Shown here piece after piece: positions 39,198-49,500 of a DNA stretch of 64,000 bases. The notes beneath the pieces were generated by a model. It ran no database searches, was not told the origin of the DNA, and worked only from the letters and a program-made list of their open reading frames with translations. Source of the DNA: Phaeosaccion multiseriatum (lineage: Eukaryota > Protista > Ochrophyta, other classes); assembly GCA_965112735.1 (NCBI GenBank), contig OZ218954.1, forward strand, positions 1,612,001 to 1,676,000. Direction: 5' to 3'. Position numbers and translations under genes: made by a program. The stretch's first letter is position 1, and every line of letters starts with the position of its first letter.

Positions 39198-40063
39198 GAG
39201 GGAGGGAGGGAGGGAGGGAGGGAGGGAGGGAGGGAGGGAGGGAGGGAGGGAGGGAGGGAGGGAGGGAGGGAGGGAGGGAGGGAGGGAGGGAGGGAGGGAG
39301 GGAGGGAGGGAGGGAGGGACGGACGGAGGGACGGAGGGAGGGAGGGAGGGAGGTAGGGAGGGAGGGAGGGAGGGAGGGAGGGAGGGAGGGAGGGAGGGAG
39401 GGAGGGAGGGAGGGAGGGAGGGAGGGACGGAGGGAGGGAGGGAGGGAGGGGGGAAGGAGGGAGGGAGGGAGGGACGGAGATAGAGAGACAAGGAGAGAGG
39501 GAGGGGGGTACATAGGGAGGGAGAGAGAGAGGGAGGGAGGGAGGGAGGGGGGGAGGGAGAGAGGGAGGGAGGGAGGGAGACGGGTAAAGGGTAAGAGAGC
39601 AGCGAAATGATCCCGACGCATAGCCCGCTTTCACTCACCGACATATGTGATGCATCCCTGTTTTGTCTTGCCTGTCCTCCCTCGATGTGTCTCAGTGGGT
39701 GATGGCGAGGAAGGCAGCGAGGAAGATTCCGAGGACGGCAGCGAATCCGGCAGTTACGAGGAGGGCAGCGAGTCGGAGGATGAGGAGGGAGACGGCGGGT
39801 GGGGGGGAGGGGGAGGCGGACAGAGCGGTAGCAGCAGCGACGGTAGTAGCGACGGTACTGATGGCGATAGCGATGATGGTACTGGGGAAAGTGACAGCGA
39901 CAATGACGACGAGAGCAAGAGTAACAGCTCCAGCAGCGGGGGGGGCAGCGCTACTTTCGACGATGAGGCATCAAGCTCGGTGGCTTCTTCCGTGGCTAAG
40001 GGTGCCAAAAGAACAAGCAGCACAAAGACAAAGACCAGGAGATTCAGTTTCACAAAGCGTTGA
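26227..40063 (+). CDS. large multidomain protein: 4 EF-hands, coiled coil, RCC1 repeats, F-type lectin/F5-8C domain, CxxC-CxxC, acidic tail (>25 exons)
   Basis: EF loops [36 protein letters not shown] and [15 protein letters not shown]1 blades [64 protein letters not shown] and [17 protein letters not shown]. Lectin-fold motifs [58 protein letters not shown]. Exons join in frame at GT-AG sites. Confidence 0.88.
29604..29683. repeat. 18-bp intronic minisatellite (CTCTTGGACGCTCTGTTC) x ~4.5
   Basis: Visible tandem copies inside intron 29454-30018. Confidence 0.85.
30880..31398 (+). repeat. (GGGA)n intronic array; similar arrays at 30183-30363, 36088-36304, 39198-39475
   Basis: Visible arrays at or shortly after splice donors. 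Confidence 0.95.
33274..34256. repeat. ~1-kb (CACT)n intronic satellite
   Basis: Visible array filling most of intron 33164-34339. Confidence 0.97.
34603..34845. repeat. (CCCTGA)n hexamer array (TCAGGG on the other strand) with 24-bp higher-order unit
   Basis: GACCCT hexamers, followed by CCTGATCCTAGTCCTTACCCTGAC x3. Confidence 0.85.
37161..37997. repeat. intronic (CCCCT)n and (CCT)n arrays in two consecutive introns
   Basis: Visible at 37161-37405 and 37745-37997. Confidence 0.9.
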
Positions 40064-40681
40064 CACAAAATCGAAGAACGCAGTATGTATTGGAAATCGC
40101 TGTGACGACTTACAACTCGTTCTTTTCATTACAATTCGCTCTTATACAGACTTTTCAAGACGGATTTTACAGGCCACGCCTGCCCAGCAATGTAGGCAGA
40201 CAGAGGGAGGACCAGATTGGGGTGTGGCAGCGTGCTCCCACTTTGATGCACAAACACACACACACACACACGCAAACACAAACATACACACACCAAGGAG
40301 CGGAGCGTCTGCATGTCTCCCTCTCCTCTCCACTCTCATACCCCCCCCCCCCCCCGCCTTGTCCAAGAACGAGCCCTTTTCCCTCCCTCGCTTCCTTCTC
40401 CTTCTCTTCTCGATGGAAAGCAACACGCCGACACGCCGGTGCTCTCCGATATCCGCCACTCTCCCGTTCTGCCGCCCTCCTCACGCACCCCCCCCACCAC
40501 TGACACCTTTGTATTGTGGTCGCGTGGCCGCGCGTGACTGCATCGCTGCATCGCTGCACCGTCACATCAGTGTAATATCCGTGATTACTGCTGCACCATC
40601 AGTGGTTTCTGCTGACCATCCGTGGTTTCTGCTGCACCATCGGTAGATTTCTGCTGACCATCAGTAGTGTCTGCTGCACCC

Positions 40682-40967
40682 TCAATGGTTTCTGCTGACG
40701 ACTTTGAAGGCCAAGTTGACGAGCGCATCCCGCTCGGCGCTCGGAGCAAGCTTCATCACAGCGTCAATGGCAAGTTCGGCCTTTGATAACAGGGGCGGGA
40801 GGAGCCGAAGCAGAAGGGGGAAGCGGGGAGGGGGGACTTATGTGCTGTAATCAAGGGAGAAGGCCATCCCATTCTGAGCCCGGAAGAGGGGACTGGCGAT
40901 ACTGAGACCGGCCTGGGAGTGTCAGGGGACGGGGATCGACCTTGCGAGATCTCTGTCTGTCTATCTA

Positions 40968-41014
<47 letters not shown>

Positions 41015-41732
41015 CATCTCTCTCTCTCTTCTCTCTCTCTCTCTCACTGACCTGCACATGTGCGATGTTCTTGGTCCTCTCGATGCCATCGCTGGCCCTT
41101 ACCGCTGCCAGAGCCTCGTCCACGTCCCCGGGGGCGTTAAACTTGCGCGAAATGAGCTCCTGCAAGTGTGGCTGCTCCTCAGCCGCAAGGAGAACAGGGG
41201 CAGTCGCCAGGCCTTCCTTCAGGTCGTTCAGAGCAGGCTTACCTGTGGAAAGGATATGGGATAGATACGGCAGGGAAGGGCCCCATTAGTTGCCGCTCTT
41301 TCATTCCCCACCAAGGCATTACGCTCCACTATGCTCCACTGCGCTCCCCCGCTGTTCCTCGCTCCTGTCCTCCTCGTCGCTCTTCCTCGCTTCTGTTCTC
41401 CTCCTCCTCCTCCTCCTCCTCCTCCTCCTCCTCCTCCTCCTCCTCCTGCATCTCCTCCTCCTCCCCCTCCTTCTCCTCCTCCCTTCACCCACCTAGACTG
41501 AGGGTACTCCCCTCGAAGTCCAGCACGTCGTCCACGAGTTGGAAGGCAAGCCCTACTCTCTTGCCGTACTCATGAGCGATGGTCTGTACGTCCTGCCCGT
41601 GATCCCCCAGCACCGTCACGGCCTTGCAGCTGTTGGCCATGAGGCTGCCGGTCTTGTAGTAGTTCTGTCGGGACGCCAACAGGGACAGTAGCAAATACAA
41701 CAGTAAACAACAGCACCACCACCACCACCAAC

Positions 41733-41763
<31 letters not shown>

Positions 41764-44240
41764 GCACCACCACCACCAACAACAACAACAACACCACCAC
41801 CAACAACAACAAGATGAAAAAACATGAGCGGCAACGGGGGAGGAACCACCCATCCAGACACCATCGCGGTGCACTCTTATCCCCCCCCCCCCCGTATCCC
41901 TTTCTCCGTCTCTCTTCCGTCCATACACGCGTCCTCCCCCTTCCACCCCTCCCATGTACCCGCGCCCCTCCACACTCTTCCCCTCTTCCCCTTCCCCTTC
42001 CGCCCCTCAATATGCCTCCATCTGCGTCCTCCTCCGTAGATGCCCCCTCCTCCTTCCGCGTTTCCCATGTGCCTCCATCTGCCCCCTTCCATATGCCTAC
42101 ACCCTCACCTTGCGTACGTAGTGCTCGAAGGCTCCCATACCATCCCCCATATTGATGGGCCTTATCTGCAGCACCTCTCCCTTGACGAGGTGCTCGATGA
42201 CCAGAGACATGAGTTCGGTGCTCTCGTGTGAGCGTAAGCGAGCAAGGCTCACGGAAGCTCGTGCGAGGAGGAAGTCGCCGGCCAAAATTGCGAGCTGACA
42301 GACAGACAGACAGACAGACAGGGAGAGAGGGAGAGAAGAGAGACAGAGAGAGGGAGAGAGAGAGAGAGAGAGAGAGAGGGATGAAGGGGAATGAGAGGGC
42401 CACGGAGAAGGAACCCAACATGGGCAAGGGAACGAACCCAACAAGGGCAAGGGAACGAACCCAACAAGGGCAAGGGAACGAACCCAAGAAGGGCAAGGCA
42501 ACGAACGATAGACAGGGAAAGCCTTGGCTGGCTGGGACGCCTAGATGCGTATTATGTTCCTCTCCTCTTAGTCCCTCCCCCCCCCCGCTCGCCCGCCCGC
42601 GCACATCTGGACCCCCGCCCTTTCCCTTCCATTGACCGAAACGCACACACGCATGCACGCACGCACACACGCATGTACGCACGCACACACGCATGCACGC
42701 ACGCACGCACGCACGCACCTTATTCCCAAACATCTTGTTGATGGAAGGGACTCCTCTCCGCGTGTCTGCCTTATCAATCACATCGTCATGGAAGAGAGAG
42801 GCCGTGTGGATCATCTCCGTAATCTCTGCAAGGCGCCGCTGTCCAGCTACCTGAAGCTCTGAGGTTGCCTCATCTTTTTGGCGATTACACGCATGGGCCA
42901 TCAGCATCACCATCGTGGGCCGAACCTTTTTGCCGTGGGAGGAGAGGGAGCAGTCCGTGAGCAGAAGTGACAGGAGCAACACGAAGGGGAGGGAGGAATT
43001 TTAAATGACTCACAGGAATCAACATAAGAATACGTATGGGGAGGGAGGAATCTAATGACCAACAGGAATCAACCTATAGGAATCAGCCTAAGAAATGCAT
43101 GTGGGGGAGGGAGGAGGCATGAGGTGGGGGCGGTAAGGGCCAACGTGACGATAGTGACTGATGCGCCTGGCACGGCCAACCCTTCGACTACCTGCCTGGA
43201 TGACTCACTCACATACTTACTGGCTGACTGGCAGACCGACTGACTGAATGACAGACTCTCCGACTAACCCTCCGCCTGCCACTGACTGACTGATTGACTG
43301 ACTGACTGACTGACTGACTGACTGGCTGACTGACCTTCTTCCCCAGGTCCACATCGAAGAAGTATTTGGCGGCTGCAGCGAGGACGGGATGGTCGGTGCC
43401 CAGCAGTTCCTGCCATAGAGGCATATGGGTGGGTAGGTAGGAGAGGGGGGCATCAAAGCAAGGCGACACTCATGGAGTCGCAGGCGCAGGCGAGTTGGGG
43501 CGACGTCACGAGCGTCAAGGCCTCGATAGCAGCAGCAAAGGCGAGGGAAGGTGATACATACTACGACTTCAAAACTTATCAATGCTGGAGAGAAGACTTT
43601 CCCTAGTTGGGCCCTACTACCTACTTCAAGAGCCAATCACGACATACTCAAAAGAAAAGGGCCCCTCTCCCACGCGCCCACGCACCTTGATGCCGTCGGA
43701 CAAGGCGCCAATCTCGGACTTGACAAGCAGGAAGGGGTCTGCATCCACGCTGGCGCCGTAGTTGCGCTGTAGGTAACGGGTGGTGGGCCTTTGCGAGGGG
43801 TCAATGTCGTACAGAAAGTCGTCTGTGCTATTGATGCACGTCAAGTCCTGAGCAGAGGAGATGGAGTGTGAGACCGGGATGGATGAGATGCGATACGATG
43901 ATAAATGCGGCTTGTGGACTTACAAAACTCGTTGTGCGTGCAATTGCTGAAATTATGTAAGCTTGCAATGCTCTCTTGTTTCAACGCCGCTCGCCCTTCC
44001 CTCTCCCTACGTATCCCCCCTCATAGCGGTAAGAACTCCTCGGTTTGTCCGTCCACACACACACACTCACCACAAGGCTGTCGCCGCTGCTGGACTTTGC
44101 ATATTTGCTTCCTCCCGGTCCGTACTCGTAGATACGCTGTATGCTTTCTCTGGCCACCCTTTCCTTGATTGAGTCCGCAAGGAAACTCAAGCTTCTCTTA
44201 CTGCCGCCCCGCTCACTCACACTGCTACTACTCCCGCTTC

Positions 44241-44280
<40 letters not shown>

Positions 44281-44646
44281 ACTGCCACCGCTGCTCCTCC
44301 ATGTATTGCTGCTATGGCTGCTGCCAGAGGATGCTGTGCGAGGCCCTGACCAGAGACTCTGCTGCTGCTGCTGCTGCTGCTGCACGACTTTCCCACTCGT
44401 CACCTGGGTCCTAAGCGCGGCAGTATTCACCTCAGCGCCTCCACCGCCGCCGCCGCCGCTGCTGCTGCTGCTGCTGCTGCTCCTGCTACTGCTCCTCTCC
44501 CATCGGCAGGCTCTCTGCTGCTGAAAATCCCCATTCCCACCTCTCACCCCACCAGCTATTCCTGCAGCCCCTCTCCCAACTGCAGTGCCCTTTTCCGTCG
44601 ATGCCAATGCAGCGAAGCTCCGTCTCAAGCCCAACCCCACCCTCAT
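40682..44646 (-). CDS. COQ1: trans-long-chain polyprenyl (solanesyl/decaprenyl) diphosphate synthase, probably mitochondrial
   Basis: Eight exons join in frame. Motifs GKKVRP, RRLAEITEMIHTASLFHDDVID...RRG (first DDxxD), GNKLAILAGDFLLARAS, YYKTGSLMANSC, GLAFQLVDDVLD (second DDxxD) and GKPALNDLKEGLATAPVL. Arg/Ser-rich N-terminus MRVGLGLRRSFAALAS. Confidence 0.93.
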
Positions 44647-44903
44647 GTCTCACTGAGCTGGCAGCACAAGTTCTCAAGCCGATGCGCACTCTGACGGCTC
44701 CAGACTTCTGTTGCACTTCTGCCTGTCTGTGTAGTGCGGCTTGTACACAGCCTATTTACTCTAGAAAAATTTGTTCTTCCTCTCTTATCCTTGTTTTGCG
44801 ACCCACCCTCCCCCTCTTGGTTGGAATGATTCGAAACATGTGCTCTCGGAGACCGACGCTGGCAATGAGGAGTAAGAAAAAATAAGGAAAAGGGGGAGAA
44901 AGG

Positions 44904-45144
44904 ATGGCAGAGGAGGATACCAGATACGATAGCAGAGAGGATGCTGCAGGTGCTGCAGCAGCACAATCGGCCACTCCAGTAGCGCCGAGCCCGTGGACCC
45001 CCCCTCCTTTGTCCGAGCAACCCTTTCACCCCACAGCTGAGATGAGGGCGTGGATGGATAGGAAACCGAAGACTGAGGAGGAGCTCGCAATGGCAGCGAA
45101 AGTCAGCGACTGCGTATTTTCTCTGAAAGGCATGGGGGTAAGAG

Positions 45145-45186
<42 letters not shown>

Positions 45187-45354
45187 TTCTCTCCCTCCCT
45201 CTCTCCCTCTTCCTCCCTCAGTTCCCTCATCTTCGCCCTCCTTGCCTTCCCTTCCGTTACCTTCCTCCTACCCCATTTTATCTCTCTTTAGTGTGCTATC
45301 CTTCTTTCCCCCTCCCTCCCTCCCTCCCTCCCTCCCTCCCTCCCTCCCTCCCTC

Positions 45355-45392
<38 letters not shown>

Positions 45393-45693
45393 TCCTCAAT
45401 TCCCTCGCCTTCTCCCTCATTCCCTCCCTACCCTTCCTCCTCCCTCGCTCGCCTCACTTCAGTATACTATCGTTGGCGTGGCGATTGGAACATTCATGGC
45501 CGTGAGGCAAAAGAATCATTGGCCAATGGTGACGGCTGGAGCCATTGGCACAGGCCTCGACATGTTCGATGCTTTCAAGTATCGATGTAGACCAGACATT
45601 GACGCGTGGGAGAACTACAAACTGGAGCGTATGAGGCGGGAGTTTGCCGGGGGGGGGCTACGGGAGGAGCGAGAAACACCAACGTCTCCGTAG
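44904..45693 (+). CDS. small hypothetical protein (154 aa) with two Gly-rich TM helices flanked by cysteines
   Basis: Exons 44904-45137 and 45463-45693 join in phase 0: ...SDCVFSLKGMGYTIVGVAIGTFMAVRQKNHWPMVTAGAIGTGLDMFDAFKYRCRPDIDAWENYKLE... Confidence 0.75.
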
Positions 45694-46567
45694 ATGGGTA
45701 CCTGGCACTGGCTCCCTGTGTGTATGTTACATCAACCCCCTGATACAATCTGTCTGCCATCTTCGGTGTTCGTCTCTGCGCACGGCCGGGAGGGGTGGAG
45801 GTCTGCTATAAGCTTCTGGTGGCATTGGTAGCGTGTGCTTCTGCTGCAGGTCAATGTGCATATTGTATTTTACATCGTGTGCGCATCTTTTGTGTACTTT
45901 TTTTAGCAGTCCACCCCGCCCCACCCTCATTCCCTCATTTGGCTGTTGCGTATTTCTCTATAGCTATGCCAAAAAATTGTCGGGTGGCGCTACCGTACCT
46001 GCCCATATATCTTTTTCGAACGGGGAGGTAATACCTGATAGCGCGCCGAGTGACGCCGAGAATAACTGGTAGCGTGCCGGCGATAGTTTAGAGTGTGCTG
46101 GCTACAATAGCGGCGCTCAACACAGGTCAGGTGTCGGCTCCATGCACGCCTAGCGGCCTTGGTTCTAGGCCGTAGGCCTCCGGCCGTAGGCCTCCGGCCG
46201 TCCCAGACCGCTCACTTTCCAGTCTTAGGCGGCCTCGCCGCGAGCGAGCGCGCGTGCCTGGGGGCACAGATGGCAGCAGACAACGGCCGGTAGGCACGCA
46301 CTCCTCCTGCAGCAGGCGGTCCTAGCTAGATAGCGGAAACCAGAGCAAGACCGCAACGACCCGTTCTAGGCCGCTTTGACGGCAGTAGGCGGAGGCTCTC
46401 TCGACTCTCTCGAGGTCGGTCAGCGGCATGACAGCCGACAGGTGATCCGCCGTCGGAAGCCTGAGAAAGAAGAAAAAACGAAACTGTATTCTACTCAATC
46501 ACGACCAAGAGGAACTGCATTTTCCACGTGATGGAGAGGCACGCGGCGACCAGGAAGTATCGTTAGC

Positions 46568-49500
46568 ATGTCAGTCCAGAATAATGAGCTTTGCACTCAT
46601 GGAGAGCATCTGGAGGCGCGGTGGCAGGCCGTAGAGATCGTGTTGTCGTATGTTGTGGTACGTCACCGGCAGCTACAAAGACGAAAGCATTTAGGAGAGG
46701 GCAGGGAGGAAACAGACAGTCTTCTCTGCCTCCTGCCTTCGCTCTTTGGGTGAACCTCTCGCCCTCTCGCTCCCCTCACTCACTGCCTCGTACCGCATTC
46801 TTTGTTCTGCAGGTGGTCTATGGGGCCTTGGGAGCGGTTGTGGTGCTTGACCACGTCCGCCTGTCGAGCGGCGGACTGAGCGTAAGGGCTGGGTTGTTCA
46901 AGTACCCATTTACCTTTGCAGCTACAAGTCTCGGGTCCACCATCTGGGCCATGCATTTTTGTGAGTACAGGAGGCAGGAGTAGTCATGGGCTGGGTCGTC
47001 AGGTTTTCATGGAGAGATTGTAGAGCTGAGTAGCCTGGAGTGTCTTATAGGCTTTTCCCCTTTGTCACAGCCTCTCCGCGAGCAAGGTGTTCTTCACCTC
47101 CTCCTCCTGGCTCCCACCTCCCTCCCTCCCTCCCTCCCTCCCTCCTTCGCCCTCTTCGCACCCATCGACATAGGGTTCAAACGCTCTATTTCTCCTCTGC
47201 TGCTCACCTCTACTGCTCCACTTTGGCCCTGCCCCCTCTGACCTCCTTGCTTCAGTGGGAATGAATGCTTTGCATCTCAGCAGCGCAAGCACGGGTGAAG
47301 AGGTGCCTCACCCCTTCAACCTGTGGATAACGCTGTTCAGTCTTGTCGCGTGCTGTGTGAGCATCAGGGTGGGCTTTGTGTATGGGCTGAAGGACAAGTA
47401 CTTCGGCAACCACCGGGGAATGCATCTAAAGGTGCGATAGGGAGGGAGGGCTCACGTTGGTTGATAGCGTTCGGCTTCGACGTATGAGCGAGCCCTGTCC
47501 AAACCGGGTATAGCCATGGCAGAGAAAGGGAAATTGAGCAGTCAGTCCAGGGTGAACCAACAGATTCCCCAACATTCTGGACGTCGTAAAGGGCATTCTT
47601 ACCTCCTCTTCACTTTCCCTTCTACTGCCTTGTACCTATCCGAATGACAGCGCTTCCTGCTGGCCAAATACAGCTCAGATATCAAAGGTCTGCGCTCTCA
47701 TAGGAATGCGCTGGTGAGTGAGTGAGTGAGTGAGTGGGTGAGTGAGGGGGTGGGTGAGTGAGTGAGTGAGTTGAGTGGGTGAGTGAGTGAGAAAGTGAGT
47801 GAGAGTGTGTGAGTGAGTGAGTGAGTGAGTGAGTGAGTGAGTGAGTGAGTGAGAGTAATGGGTGGTTGGTTGGGTGAGTGAGTGAGTGAGTGAGTGAGTG
47901 AGTGAGTGAGTGAGTGAGTGAGTGAGTGAGTGAGTGAGTGAGTGAGTGAGTGAGTGAGTGAGTGAGTGAGTGAGTGAGTGAGTGAGTGAGTTGAGTGGGT
48001 GAGTGGATGAGTGGGTGAGTGAGTGAGTGAGTGAGTTGAGTGGGTGAGTGAGTGAGTGAGTGAGTGAGTGAGTGAGTGAGTGAGTGAGTGAGTGAGTGAG
48101 TGAGTGAGTGAGTGAGTGAGTGAGTGAGTGAGTGAGTGAGTGAGTGAGTGAGTGAGTGCGTGAGTGAGTGAGTGAGTGCGTGAGTGAGTGAGTGAGTGAG
48201 TGAGTGAGTGAGTGAGTGAGTGAGTGAGTGAGTGAGTGAGTGAGCTATACTGTAGAGCGAGTGAGTGAGTGAGTGAGTGAGTGAGTGAGTGAGTGATTGA
48301 TTGAGTGAGTGAGTGAGTGAGTGAGTGAGTGAGTGAGTGAGTGAGTGAGTGAGTGAGTGAGTGAGTGAGTGAGTGAGTGAGTGAGTGAGTGAGTGAGTGA
48401 GTGAGTGAGTGAGTGAGTGAGTGAGTGAGTGAGTGAGTGAGTGAGTGAGTGAGTGAGTGAGTGAGCTATACTGTAGAGCGTTTCTTGTCCGGTAGATGTC
48501 GTGTGGTAACGTCATACACGTACTAGCGTGGAAGTATACTGCGACATGCTTCTCAATGATGTCGTATTTAACTGAGGAGGGAAGAAGAGAAAGGCAGAGC
48601 TCTATTAAACCCGCGTCCATCGCCCTTCTGTGTCTCTCGCTACCCTCCGCAGATCATGGCTTACTTCAGCCACTTGGAATTCATCGCGGGATCAGCCGTT
48701 CTCATCGCACTAGGAGTCCTCGTCATGCATTTCTCAGGTGAAGTGTCTCGTCAACAACGTGCTGCTGTTGCCTCTCCTCTGCTGTGCTCGCCGCTTTCTC
48801 TTCCTTTTGCTCAAGTGTAGTAGAGGTGGCCTCAGTCACACGGGGAGCCGTGCTTATCCCTCCTGGTGCCATGCTCTCCATGCTGTCGTTGCGACCTTCT
48901 GGCCGGGTAGTTGCTTCTTGCTTGTTTATACCCACCTCCAGGACTGGCCCATTGCCACTGCTTTGCGGCACACCATCCCCTCATGATTACTCACTCCTCT
49001 CTGTATCTCTCTCGCAATGTCTCTCTCTTCCTCCTCCGTCTATCTCGTCATCTCCCCCCCCTCTCTCTCCATCTCTCCTATCTGTCCCCCTTGTTACCTG
49101 CTCAGGCATGGCGTCCATGGCAGGCTCATTGAAACTGCATTGGAACTACAGCATCGTGGCTCTGAGTGTGGTGATTGCGCTGGTGGTGGCGCTGGCGGGC
49201 ATGTGGATCATGTATCGTCTCTTGGTTTGGAAACCCACCCTGGAGCTGCTAAGGCTAGCCAGCGCTTTAGTCATCGGCCTCGCGGGTACGTCGTACTCAT
49301 ATCTCTGAGCAGTCAGGAAAAATTTGGCAGCTGCTTCTCTACCATCGTCATGTCTTTCTTCTCTTCTCTTGTGCTCGTTCGGCTCAATTCTCTCGCGCCG
49401 CGTGCATTTTCCCTCCTCGAAGGGGAGCGATGCAATGCTCTGCTCTTGGGGAGCGAAGCAACTAACTGATGTCACTCTGATGTCACTCATTGACGAGCTA

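Noticed and set aside
42408-42497. 23-bp repeat GAACCCAACAAGGGCAAGGGAAC x ~4 (also the 21-bp repeat at 32938-32993)
   Set aside because: Ordinary intronic minisatellites with no spacers, TIRs or TSDs.
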